Shown in pieces: positions 49,353-59,025 of a stretch of 64,000 nt of DNA. The stretch spans positions 33,315 to 97,314 of the forward strand of contig JAJDCJ010000012.1 of assembly GCA_029260935.1 (NCBI GenBank), given 5' to 3'. The position numbers and the translations under genes were made by a program. The notes beneath the pieces are model-generated. The model had not been told where the DNA came from. It saw only the letters and a program-made list of their open reading frames with translations, and did no database searches. The DNA is from Patescibacteria group bacterium. Its GTDB lineage: Bacteria; Patescibacteriota; Minisyncoccia; Phycocordibacterales; Phycocordibacteraceae. The first letter of the stretch is position 1, and each line of letters begins with the position of its first letter.

Positions 49353-50045
49353 CTATAGCGCTTTTGTGGGGTCAAACGCAACACCACCATACACCTCTCT
49401 CAATCTCGCAATACCTGCCGCAATTTTCTCGCGCAGATCTCTGTTCCTGAAATATATATTGCATGTTCCGTAACCAAAGCGTCCTTTATAGTTTTTCTGC
49501 TTCTTCGTGGTCGTTTTTTTGATATATGGTTTTCTAAAGGAAGATTTTGCAATACCCAACTCCTCTGACCAAAAAGAAATCGCTGAAGCAATGTTCATAT
49601 CTTCGTAAAGGTGTAAATAAACTTTTAGTTCGTCTTTTTTAACACCCAAAAATTCAATCCATTTAATAAAACTTTTTATCATAGCTGGGTCAGTGTTGGT
49701 GAACATGACCGTATACGGATCTGCTTTAAGCCCTTCACCCCAATAGAGGAAAAAGCCAGCGATGTATAATTCGCGCTTTGAGATTCTCCCAATATCTCTC
49801 ACTGCTAATGTATAAACATTTTGCAAGCGGGCAAGTTTTTTCTTCCGTTTTGTCTCTCTTGTTTTCTCTATGCGCTTTTCTGAATGATCACGAAGCTCTC
49901 TGATGCGTTTTTCTGACAATGGCATATCACGAAGCCATAGACTCAATGTACTTTTACTCACATTAAGTTTTTCTTTAATCTGACCATAACTCATCCCCTT
50001 TTTACGTAAGGATACTGCCTGTTCTCTGTCTTTATGTCGCGCCAT
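49353..50045 (-). CDS. HTH plus degenerate LAGLIDADG-like protein
   Basis: LRKKGMSYGQIKEKLNVSKSTLSLWL HTH; LYIAGFFLYWGEG and FTNTDP segments. Confidence 0.7.
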   Translation of the reverse strand: MARHKDREQAVSLRKKGMSYGQIKEKLNVSKSTLSLWLRDMPLSEKRIRELRDHSEKRIEKTRETKRKKKLARLQNVYTLAVRDIGRISKRELYIAGFFLYWGEGLKADPYTVMFTNTDPAMIKSFIKWIEFLGVKKDELKVYLHLYEDMNIASAISFWSEELGIAKSSFRKPYIKKTTTKKQKNYKGRFGYGTCNIYFRNRDLREKIAAGIARLREVYGGVAFDPTKAL

Positions 50046-50167
50046 AATCAAACCTTTAAACAAAAATATCGGTATTATAGTTCACAGGTACATAATAACA
50101 CCTTTATATTTCTAACACTAAAACAAACCCACACACCTTTAGGTGTGTGGGTTTGTGTACGAGAAGT

Positions 50168-50572
50168 TTAGACTGATGGCATTTCACTTGGGCCAGACAT
50201 AGAATGCGCAGACCCTTCTTCTTTTACGAAGTAGCCAATGTAAAGAATTACAAGAGCAGACAGAAGATGGAAGTAATTGTCAGCGGTGTTTACGTCCACA
50301 AGTCCAAGTATTGTGTCACCTTGAGCAAAGCCAATTACAGCAACAATTGCCGCAATAATTCCTACCACTTTAAATGTCAGTACTGCAATCTTTTCTGATG
50401 CGTATGCGGCATAGACAAATATAAGTCCTGTTACTAAGTGAATAATGTTGTGTACAGTATCAACTTCAAGAAAACCGAAAAGTTGTCCATTCGGAGCTAC
50501 TGCTGGAATAAATCCCAGAACGCCAACCAGCAATAAAATGATCGCAATGATCCATGCTAATTTTTTAATCAT
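50168..50572 (-). CDS. DUF4383-like membrane protein
   Basis: VGVLGFIP, HNIIHLVTG and ADNYFHL segments. Confidence 0.75.
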   Translation of the reverse strand: MIKKLAWIIAIILLLVGVLGFIPAVAPNGQLFGFLEVDTVHNIIHLVTGLIFVYAAYASEKIAVLTFKVVGIIAAIVAVIGFAQGDTILGLVDVNTADNYFHLLSALVILYIGYFVKEEGSAHSMSGPSEMPSV

Positions 50573-50766
50573 ACTTTTATAATTAGGGGTTTGATAAGTG
50601 TGTGCGCTTTTATTGTACAAAGCGCATCTGTAAGCTGCCCTATTAAGTAAGGGAAGCAACCAACCTACAATAATAAGTGTAGAACACCCTGCCTCTAGTC
50701 AAACACCCCCTGTGTAAAACCCCCACGTTTTGGCGTGAGGGTTTTGTTTTTTCAGTCTTCAAGTGT

Positions 50767-52740
50767 TTAGTCTTGGTGCTCTATGTCTGCTTTCTTTTTT
50801 AAAGCAATACCGTGCGCAGTAAGGAGTTTTTCAAGTTCATCACGTTCAATTGTTTCCTCCTCAACAAGTTTCAACGCAATAGCGTCAAGCGCTTTTCGGT
50901 GTGTGGTTAATACTTCCTCTGCTTGTGCACGCGCTTCTTCAATAATTTTCTTCACTTCCTTGTCAATTTGTGCCGATACATCGTTTGAGTACTCTTTATC
51001 ATTCACCCCTCTTCCAAACATGGCGCGACCACCGGCACCTTCAAGTGCAATAGGACCCAGCGGGCTCATACCATATTTGGTAACCATATCGCGGGCAAGC
51101 GCCGTTAACACCTGCAAGTCATTTGATGGACCGGTCGTAAGGTCGTCAAAGATCATCTGCTCTGCCAAGTATCCACCGAGTGAAACTGAAATATCATCAA
51201 CAAACTCTTTCTTGGATTGCATTTTTTTATCATCAAGAGGTAATTTCAAAGTGTAGCCAGCGGCACGTCCACGTGAGATCACTGAAATTTTATGTACCGG
51301 GTCTGAGTAGGGCAAGACACTGGCAATAAGCGCGTGCCCTGCTTCGTGGTACGCAGTTATTTCTTTTTCTTTTTTGTTCAATAGGTGTGACTTTCGCTCA
51401 GGGCCTAGCATTACTTTTTCAATAGAACGAATGAGATCAAACTGTGCAATTTTCTTTCTGTCTTCGCGGGCTGCCAAAATTGCACCTTCGTTCATCAAGC
51501 TCTGCAAGTCAGCTCCTGAAAAACCAGGGGTACGCTCGGCAATAACGCGCAAGTCTACGTCTTCTCCAAAAGGTTTTTTACGTGAGTGTATTATTAGAAT
51601 TTCCTCGCGGCCGTCACGGTCAGGAAGGTCAATGGTTACTCTACGATCAAAGCGTCCGGGGCGCAAAAGTGCAGGGTCCAACACGTCAGGGCGGTTGGTT
51701 GCGGCCATTACGATAACTTTTTGGGAGGGTTCAAACCCATCCATTTCAACTAGAATTTGATTCAGGGTTTGTTCACGCTCATCATTCCCCCCACCAACAC
51801 CAGTACCACGTACACGTCCTACTGCATCAATTTCATCAACAAAAATAATAGCTGGCGCTGTGTTTTTTGCTATTTTAAATAAGTCACGTACACGACTAGC
51901 ACCAACACCAACAAACATTTCAACAAACTCACTTCCTGAAATTGAGAAAAATGGTACCCCTGCCTCACCTGCAACGGCACGCGCAAGCAGTGTCTTTCCA
52001 GTTCCGGGTGAGCCCATTAGTAGAACACCTTTTGGAATCTGCGCACCAATGTCTAGAAACTTTTTAGGGTTCTTAAGAAAATCAACAATTTCAGTGAGTT
52101 CCTCTTTTGCTTCTTTTGCTCCTGCAACATCAGAAAACGTGATACGAGTTACTTTATCTTTCGGGTCAGTCATGCGCGCCTTTGACTGTCCAAACGTAAA
52201 CGCTTGCATACCAGCACCTTTTACTTGGCGTGAAAAATACCAGATAAGCAAAAGAATAAGAAGGAGCGGTACAAAAATCGGAGCGAGTGCAAAGAACCAA
52301 AATCGTAAACCACCTTCATTTTCAACCTCAATTGAAACAGCAGCTATTTCGTCGGCGGTCAGTCCATAGTTCACCAGCGTCTCTGAAAACGCAGCGTCTA
52401 CTTCTTTTCGTCCGCGACGCTCTGTTTCATCTGTATACGTAACCGTGAGACGGTCACCGGCAACGACAATACCTTCAACTTCACCCGAGCGAATACTGGT
52501 AGCAATATCAGAAAGTGAAACCTGTTCGGGGGTATTTCCGCCTGAAATTAAAGAATATGTAGCGCTCACCAGAAGCAAAATGATAAGGAATGTAGTGATG
52601 CTGTTCCATGGATTATTCTTTGGTATCCCTGTTTTGGCTAACTGGTGGAGTTGCTTTGGTAATACTGGTTTTTTCCCACGACCTACCCCTTTTCCTTTTG
52701 GGGTATCTTTTGCCGTTTTCTTTTTTGAGCCTTTGTCCAT
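50767..52740 (-). CDS. ftsH: ATP-dependent zinc metalloprotease FtsH
   Basis: [20 protein letters not shown] and HEAGH motifs. Confidence 0.97.
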   Translation of the reverse strand: MDKGSKKKTAKDTPKGKGVGRGKKPVLPKQLHQLAKTGIPKNNPWNSITTFLIILLLVSATYSLISGGNTPEQVSLSDIATSIRSGEVEGIVVAGDRLTVTYTDETERRGRKEVDAAFSETLVNYGLTADEIAAVSIEVENEGGLRFWFFALAPIFVPLLLILLLIWYFSRQVKGAGMQAFTFGQSKARMTDPKDKVTRITFSDVAGAKEAKEELTEIVDFLKNPKKFLDIGAQIPKGVLLMGSPGTGKTLLARAVAGEAGVPFFSISGSEFVEMFVGVGASRVRDLFKIAKNTAPAIIFVDEIDAVGRVRGTGVGGGNDEREQTLNQILVEMDGFEPSQKVIVMAATNRPDVLDPALLRPGRFDRRVTIDLPDRDGREEILIIHSRKKPFGEDVDLRVIAERTPGFSGADLQSLMNEGAILAAREDRKKIAQFDLIRSIEKVMLGPERKSHLLNKKEKEITAYHEAGHALIASVLPYSDPVHKISVISRGRAAGYTLKLPLDDKKMQSKKEFVDDISVSLGGYLAEQMIFDDLTTGPSNDLQVLTALARDMVTKYGMSPLGPIALEGAGGRAMFGRGVNDKEYSNDVSAQIDKEVKKIIEEARAQAEEVLTTHRKALDAIALKLVEEETIERDELEKLLTAHGIALKKKADIEHQD

Positions 52741-52760
52741 GCAGGGTATTATACAGGTAT

Positions 52761-53204
52761 ATGGCATATATAGAAAATAAAAAGGCCCGATTTGATTTTG
52801 AAATCCTTACAACACTGGAAGCAGGTGTTGAGTTGTTTGGTTTTGAGGTTAAAGCAGTACAAAAAAACGCCGGCTCACTTGAAGGCGCACGCGTCGTAGT
52901 GCGAGGAGGTGAAGCGTTTCTTATTGGCGCCACTATTTCCCCCTACCAAGTTAAAAACACACCGAAGTCGTACGATCGTGAACGATCTCGGCGGTTGCTT
53001 CTCAATAAAAAAGAACTCTTTGAACTTGCGGAAAATGAGAGCCAGAAGGGATTGACAATTATCCCACTAAAGTGGTATAATAAGGGTCGGAAAGTAAAGC
53101 TAGAAATTGCTGTCGCTCGTCGAAAAAAGAAGTATGATAAAAGGGCAACGCTTAAAGAGCGTGACAGTAAAAGACAGATAGACCGTACCTTGAAAAATCA
53201 ATAA
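52761..53204 (+). CDS. smpB: SsrA-binding protein
   Basis: NKKARFDF, EAGVEL, RRLLLNKKE and KKYDKR motifs; adjacent to tmRNA. Confidence 0.95.
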   Translation: MAYIENKKARFDFEILTTLEAGVELFGFEVKAVQKNAGSLEGARVVVRGGEAFLIGATISPYQVKNTPKSYDRERSRRLLLNKKELFELAENESQKGLTIIPLKWYNKGRKVKLEIAVARRKKKYDKRATLKERDSKRQIDRTLKNQ

Positions 53205-53240
53205 ATATCGGAACAAACTATAATGTTCTGGCTGGTGATT

Positions 53241-53291
53241 CCCCGAAATTGTCCGAATTGTCCGAAGTCTAGACTTCGGACAATTTCGGGG
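53241..53291. repeat. palindrome abutting the tmRNA 5' end
   Basis: 30-nt perfect palindrome 53256-53285 with a 9-nt duplication ttgtccgaa. Confidence 0.8.
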
Positions 53292-53676
53292 GGTGATCGG
53301 CTTCGACAATAAGTTTTTGTTTTCTACGTGCAAAACGGTGAATGCTGGAGAACACCTTAAACCTCGAGTAAATACAACGTGCAAACGCTGTAAAGAGTCC
53401 GTACCAAGCCCTTTTGGGTCTTGGTCAACTCGTTCCTGTTCGCGCGTAAGCGTAGAACGGCATCACATTCTCTGACTCCTGATATGGGAGTGCTGGTGTA
53501 ATACCATCAGGATAAGGAAGCGACGTGCTCGTTCGCTTCTCAAAAATTAAGAGCTCGATACCACATGCTTTTGTTTACTTTTTATATGTGTTATTTAAAA
53601 CCCTAAAGTAAACTACGTTTTGTAGAATCGTCTTAAACTTTCTTGTTGCATCCGGGTTCGATTCCCGGCATCTCCA
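53289..53676 (+). ncRNA. ssrA: tmRNA
   Basis: 5' GGGGGTGA...TTCGAC pairs with 3' GGTTCGATTCCCGGCATCTCCA (G3:U); tag ORF at 53381-53449. Confidence 0.93.
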
Positions 53677-53890
53677 CAGCTGAACGAACCGCCTTTCGAG
53701 GCGGTTTTCGTTTTGCTGAGAGATGGAGCGAGTGAACTGCTTCACTCGCGTTGGGAATTGAAAGCCGGAATGCCACACCTCGCGAGGTGTGGCATGCGTC
53801 GGGTCGCGGAATTTCCGAGTGGCTGACGAGGAAATATCTGTGACCGATGCGTGCGAGCGCCAGCGAAGACACTTCTCGGCATCTCCACCA
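53677..53890 (+). repeat. 211-nt structured unit ending in a copy of the tmRNA 3' end with CCA
   Basis: cggcatctccac at 53666 and 53877. Confidence 0.8.
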
Positions 53891-54120
53891 GTGAAATAAA
53901 ATACCGCCCAGCTCGGGTGGTATTTATTTTTCCTTACAAACTACAAAAACAAGTTATCTCCCCTTTCCAATTATGAGAACACGCGTAGCACCCACCCGAT
54001 TTTCCTTTACATCTATTGCAGAGCACCGTCCCCGTACCACAACAAGCGCTACACCACTTCGTCTCTTTTAGAGCTCTTTTCTCAGACATACCTACTTACT
54101 ATTAATAGTATACTAGCCAT

Positions 54121-54435
54121 ATGGAAACACAAAATAATCACCCTGTGCAAGTTGTTGCACCCCACCTTGAAAGGCCGTCACGGTGGCTCGCTCTGGGAAC
54201 ATTACTCTTTATGGTGCCGAAATTAATTCTTCTTGTACCACACATAATACTCCTCTATTTCTTAGGTATTGTTGCTATCGTGGTCGCTGCGATTGCCCAA
54301 ATAGTGGTGCTCTTTACTGGGAAATACCCCCATAATCTATTTGATATGGTCAGAGGGGTTTTCCAGTTACAACTACGGGTTAATTTCTATCTCCTCGGCC
54401 TGACGGACACCTACCCACCATTTTCACTCAAATAA
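54121..54435 (+). CDS. DUF4389 domain membrane protein
   Basis: LLVPH, LFTGKYP and TDTYPPF segments. Confidence 0.8.
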   Translation: METQNNHPVQVVAPHLERPSRWLALGTLLFMVPKLILLVPHIILLYFLGIVAIVVAAIAQIVVLFTGKYPHNLFDMVRGVFQLQLRVNFYLLGLTDTYPPFSLK

Positions 54436-54492
54436 CCGCAAATACGCAGAGGGTGCTTGCTAAAAACGTATAAAGCCGTAGAATAGTGAGAT

Positions 54493-55155
54493 ATAGCTAT
54501 CCGATCTAAAAAAAAGAATAGAAAAGCTTTCGTACAGAAAGACCGAACACGTATTAATTCGCAGATTCGGGCTCCAGAGCTACGAATTCTTGATCAAGAG
54601 GGAGAGAACCTTGGTGTTAAAACGCTTGAGGAGGCCCTGAAGGCAGCCAAAGAAGCAGAGCTGGATCTCATTGAAATATCGCCAAATGCCAAGCCACCGA
54701 TTGCAAAAATCATGGATTATGGTAAATTTCAATACGACCAGCAAAAAAAGGCGCGGGAGGCAAAAACCAAGGCGCACGTCACTGAAACCAAGTCTATACA
54801 GGTTGAAGTGGTTACCGGAGAGCATGACCTTACCCGGAAAGCTCGACAGGCGGCCAGCTGGCTGAGAGAAGGTCATCGGGTAAAAATAGAGCTGTTTTTA
54901 AAAGGGCGCTACAAGTACATGGAACCCTCCTTTCTTAAGGAGAAACTCCACCGTTTCGTCCTCCTCGTCCCCGAAGAGTACAAGATAGCCGCAGACGTAG
55001 TGCGTGGACCAAAAGGATTCTTTATAATCCTGGAGCGCGTGTCGTCAAAGAAAAAGAAAGACCCAACAGAGACAGAGGACACAACTCTTCCGTCTAATAT
55101 CCCTGAAGAAAAAAGTAAACCTGAGGCGGAGGAGAAGAAACAAACAAGCACATGA
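54493..55155 (+). CDS. infC: translation initiation factor IF-3, non-AUG start
   Basis: Frame extends upstream of 54712 through RINSQIRAPELRILD to a TGA at 54487; MDYGKFQY; precedes rpmI-rplT. Confidence 0.88.
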   Translation: MAIRSKKKNRKAFVQKDRTRINSQIRAPELRILDQEGENLGVKTLEEALKAAKEAELDLIEISPNAKPPIAKIMDYGKFQYDQQKKAREAKTKAHVTETKSIQVEVVTGEHDLTRKARQAASWLREGHRVKIELFLKGRYKYMEPSFLKEKLHRFVLLVPEEYKIAADVVRGPKGFFIILERVSSKKKKDPTETEDTTLPSNIPEEKSKPEAEEKKQTST

Positions 55156-55343
55156 AAACTAACAAATCATTTACCAAAAGAATACGCGTAACCAAAAACG
55201 GTAAGCTTGTTGCACGAAAAGTCGGACAAAACCACTTTAATGCAAAAGAAAATGCAAGCACCAAGGGCAGGAAACGCCGAACGGTAACTATACAGCTTAG
55301 CAACAAAGTAAAAGCGCGCTTCCTCCCAGGAAGTGGTGCATAA
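55152..55343 (+). CDS. rpmI: 50S ribosomal protein L35
   Basis: MKTNKSFTKRIRVTKNGK; operon position. Confidence 0.92.
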   Translation: MKTNKSFTKRIRVTKNGKLVARKVGQNHFNAKENASTKGRKRRTVTIQLSNKVKARFLPGSGA

Positions 55344-55393
55344 ATATTATTTCAATTTTTTTCTAGCGCCTAGTAACCTAGAACCTACATTAT

Positions 55394-55744
55394 ATGTCAC
55401 GAGTAAAAAGAGGAACCATTAAGAACAAAACCAGAAGGAACGTCCTGAAGGCGGTCAAGGGTTTTCGTTTTGCACGGAGTAAGAAAAAGAAGGCGGCTAA
55501 GGAAGCGCTTCTTCACGCAGGAACATATGCGTTCCGTGACCGAAAAAACAAGAAACGAACCATGCGTGCACTTTCCATCACTAAAGTAAATGCCGGCGTT
55601 CGTGCATTAGGATTTAAAAGCTACAGCACCTTTATAGCGCTCATGAAAAAAAGAGGTGTAGAACTCAATCGTACCGTCTTAGGGCAACTTGCCGAAAATG
55701 AACCAAAGGTGTTTGAGAGAACTCTCGCAGAAATCACCAAGTAA
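55394..55744 (+). CDS. rplT: 50S ribosomal protein L20
   Basis: MSRVKRG, YAFRDR and LNRTVL motifs. Confidence 0.95.
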   Translation: MSRVKRGTIKNKTRRNVLKAVKGFRFARSKKKKAAKEALLHAGTYAFRDRKNKKRTMRALSITKVNAGVRALGFKSYSTFIALMKKRGVELNRTVLGQLAENEPKVFERTLAEITK

Positions 55745-55761
55745 GCTACGTGGCTCTAGAT

Positions 55762-55799
55762 AATAAAGAAACCCCCGCGTTCGCGGGGGTTTCTTTATT
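55762..55799. terminator. terminator after rplT
   Basis: aataaagaaacccccgcg-tt-cgcgggggtttctttatt. Confidence 0.8.
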
Positions 55800-56078
55800 T
55801 ACAAACCAATTTAAACTTTCCACCTTCATTGCTATATCTCCATTTTCCAAGAGTCCCATCGGACATAATACAAGACTCGCCTTCCCTTTTAATAAAACAT
55901 CTAATATATTCCCTACCTCCAGAGCCGAAGCCACTAGATGAACCCATAAAAAAAATTAAATTAAATAATAACGCCTTAAAGTATATAGGAAAATATCTTT
56001 TTGTTGAACACAGAAGTGAACAGTCTCTAGTTGGAGAGACTAAGACTAGGACACGCGCCCCGAAGGGGTCTTTTCAAC

Positions 56079-57551
56079 TTAAGACATAAGTGGTAATTCA
56101 AACCGTTCTCCTTTCTGGGGCACAGTGGTTTTAATACCCAAAAAACCACTAATGCGCTGTGCTAGAAATGCCGACGCTTCAGTTTCACCAAGCGCTACAA
56201 AAACTTCCAAAGGATTTTCCCCAGAGTGTGCTCTGCCTTTAGTGGCGACCTCTTCTGCAAAAGCAACGAGGTCATCACGGTCAGCGTGTGCCGAAAAGCC
56301 TCCCGTTTTTGAAATAGTGGCACGCACTTTCACTTTCTTTCTATCAATAACTACAGTCTTGTTTCCGTCTTGTAAGCGCCTTCCTAAACTCCCTGGCACC
56401 TGATAGCCGACAAGCAGTAATGAGGCGTTGGGATCAGGAAGATAGGTTTTTTCGTGGCTTCTAATTCTTCCACCGTGGCTCATACCGGCGCCGGCAATAA
56501 TTATTTTTGTACCAACCGTTTCATCTATTTCTTTTGAATCTTCTCTGGTATAGGTAACCTTAAGGCGGGGGAAAGAAAAAGGATCGTCGCCACGTGCAAA
56601 CTGTTCTTTCAGGTTCTCTCTCATGTAGTGTGTGTTGAGCTTGTATATTTCAGTGACTTTGGTGGCAAGAGGTGAATCAAGGAAGACCGGTACTGGTTCA
56701 ATAAGACCCTCTCTAATGAAGCGATCAAATGCTTCCAAAATTATTTGGGTGCGCTCCAGCGAAAATGATGGGATAAGGAGCGTGCCTTTTCTTTCCGTCG
56801 TGTGCCTGACACTTTTGAGTAACGCTTCTTCGCTTTCGCTTACCTCTTCATGTTTTCGGTTGCCATACACGCTTTCAGTGATAAGGTAGTCAATACCACC
56901 TTCAACTTCAGGAACTTCAGGATCAGGTAATAAAATTGCCGGGGTGCGTCCTAAGTCGCCAGTAAACAGAATTTTAGTTCCCCACACCTCAACTAACACC
57001 AGCGCTGAGCCCAAAATATGCCCCGCGTTATAGAATGTCACCGAAAAAGTGTCATGTACGACTACTGTTTTTTTATATTCAAGTGGCTGGAGTAGTGCCA
57101 TTGCCTGCTCAATATGTTCGCGTGTATACGGTGGCTCTTGGGAGCATTTAGCTGCCTCTCTCCCGATAATTGAAACGGAGTCGGCAAGCATAACCGGAAT
57201 AAGGGCACTAGTCGGTGGAGTGGCGTAGGCGGTACCGGTAAAACCTTCTTTTGCTAGTTTTGGAAACAGTCCGATGTGGTCGGCGTGCGCATGGGTGAAG
57301 AATACTGCGTCAACGGTATGTGCGTCATAAGTAAACGGTTTGTTATTTGAAGACTCACAAAACTGCTGTCCTTGCTTGAGTCCTACGTCTATTAAAATCC
57401 GCACCACTTTTTCTTTTTTGCCCGTTGTATCGGTTGCCTCCAAAAGAAAATTTGCCCCGGTTACCGAGCGGGCACCTTCTGCGAAAGTAAGCGAGAGTGA
57501 TTTACCTTTGACTTCATTGGTTGGCGGTGTTGATTCTGTTCTGTTGTTCAT
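56079..57551 (-). CDS. MBL-fold beta-CASP ribonuclease
   Basis: THAHADHIG, AGHILGS, TGDLG, ESVYG and FSAHAD motifs. Confidence 0.9.
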   Translation of the reverse strand: MNNRTESTPPTNEVKGKSLSLTFAEGARSVTGANFLLEATDTTGKKEKVVRILIDVGLKQGQQFCESSNNKPFTYDAHTVDAVFFTHAHADHIGLFPKLAKEGFTGTAYATPPTSALIPVMLADSVSIIGREAAKCSQEPPYTREHIEQAMALLQPLEYKKTVVVHDTFSVTFYNAGHILGSALVLVEVWGTKILFTGDLGRTPAILLPDPEVPEVEGGIDYLITESVYGNRKHEEVSESEEALLKSVRHTTERKGTLLIPSFSLERTQIILEAFDRFIREGLIEPVPVFLDSPLATKVTEIYKLNTHYMRENLKEQFARGDDPFSFPRLKVTYTREDSKEIDETVGTKIIIAGAGMSHGGRIRSHEKTYLPDPNASLLLVGYQVPGSLGRRLQDGNKTVVIDRKKVKVRATISKTGGFSAHADRDDLVAFAEEVATKGRAHSGENPLEVFVALGETEASAFLAQRISGFLGIKTTVPQKGERFELPLMS

Positions 57552-57597
57552 ACAATAGCTTTATAGTATCTCTCTAGTATACAGCCATCAAGAATGC

Positions 57598-58005
57598 CTA
57601 TTGTTTAGTATTCGTAGTGTGTTTTGTAAACCGGCTGAATAGTACATAGGCACTGAGTGCCCCCACTATGTCCATTGCAAGATCAAATACAGTATCTCGT
57701 GTGTAGTTAAGTGCTGTGTGCAGGCCAGTAAGGTATTCAAAAAGTTCCCATACGAGACCTACAAAAAACACACCAAGCACCACCGTTAAAAACTGCGGAA
57801 TAAAAGGCCTGATACCAATGGGAACCTCGTAGGCAACCAACCATAATATACTCAGTCCAACAAAGAGCCCTCCTAAAAAATGCATGAAAATATCAAACCA
57901 CCACCATGCCCAATAGAGAAAAAACATGTTTGCCAAAAAATGAAGAAGTGCAATGAGTAGCCCAAGCACGGCAATTGCTATTCCTGACTGTGACCTGGGG
58001 TGCAT
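57598..58005 (-). CDS. membrane protein (VanZ/DUF2238-like)
   Basis: WFDIFMHFLGG, WELFE and DTVFDL segments. Confidence 0.7.
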   Translation of the reverse strand: MHPRSQSGIAIAVLGLLIALLHFLANMFFLYWAWWWFDIFMHFLGGLFVGLSILWLVAYEVPIGIRPFIPQFLTVVLGVFFVGLVWELFEYLTGLHTALNYTRDTVFDLAMDIVGALSAYVLFSRFTKHTTNTKQ

Positions 58006-58239
58006 ATAGGACCTATTGTACCTCACCAATAAAAACCCGATGCAAGAAATTGCATCGGGTTTTTATTGAGGGTCATCGGAATCCACATTAACCTAAAAAA
58101 TATAGGTGGGTGCTCGCAACAATCATCTGTCGGTAACGTTCCCCAAAATGAAGTGATATAAAGCTCCCGAGGATTTTCAATTCAGTGGTTAATGTTCAAC
58201 CAATAACCCTACTTTTAGTATACACCCAAGAAAATCCCA

Positions 58240-58839
58240 CTACTCTAAAATACCGTCCAAATTTACATCATAAAGAATTTGTTCAGTGACTAAACGATAG
58301 TCAATAATCTCATCAGGTGAGAACCACACCCCAATTTCCCGCTGTGCTTCGCTTACTTCGTCAGAACAGTGCACTAAGTTACGTACTGCACGCCCCGTAA
58401 AACCGGCAAGTTCATATGAGTCAACGGTGTAGTCGCCACGTAGTGTGCCCACGTCAGACGTGGTTGGTTCGGTACTGCCCACGAGTTTTTTCACAATAGG
58501 AACGACATCATTGCCCTGCACAACCATCGCTACCACGGGCCCCGACGTCATAAACGCCACATTCTGGCGCATAATGTCTTTACCGTACTCAATAGGTTCT
58601 TTTTCAATCGGAAGATCATTTTTTTCACGTGTCTCAACAATGTTTTTTCCTTTCTTTAGAAACCAGTCGTCATCTTTATTGTAGTGTGTAATGATTTGAT
58701 CCTCATTCGGAATAACCATCTTCATGGCAACTATTTTAAAACCAGCTCGTTCAACACGTGAGATAACATCACCGATGAACGACCGTTGGACTCCGTCAGG
58801 TTTCACTATTAAAAGTGTGCGTTGTTTATCAAATTTCAT
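58240..58839 (-). CDS. ndk: nucleoside-diphosphate kinase
   Basis: TLLIVKPDGVQR, GTLRGDY and NLVHCSD motifs. Confidence 0.93.
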   Translation of the reverse strand: MKFDKQRTLLIVKPDGVQRSFIGDVISRVERAGFKIVAMKMVIPNEDQIITHYNKDDDWFLKKGKNIVETREKNDLPIEKEPIEYGKDIMRQNVAFMTSGPVVAMVVQGNDVVPIVKKLVGSTEPTTSDVGTLRGDYTVDSYELAGFTGRAVRNLVHCSDEVSEAQREIGVWFSPDEIIDYRLVTEQILYDVNLDGILE

Positions 58840-59025
58840 ATAGCGAGTGTACCCCGTTATCAGACTTTTGTCATTATGGGTTTCGTGCGTTTTTATGTAC
58901 GTGTTTCAAAATGTACGCAGGAAGTATGGTTTAGGTTTGGCGCGTACCCAATGACTTTACAATGACAAAAGCTCGATACGGGGTGTATCATGAATACACT
59001 AAAAAAGCGAGTCAATAAGCCATAT

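Noticed and set aside
50064-50100. Possible relic tRNA-Ile fragment upstream of the HTH ORF
   Set aside because: Only a 5-nt match (aggta), consistent with chance
53293-53872. ORFs across tmRNA and its trailer
   Set aside because: Explained by tmRNA and the structured repeat
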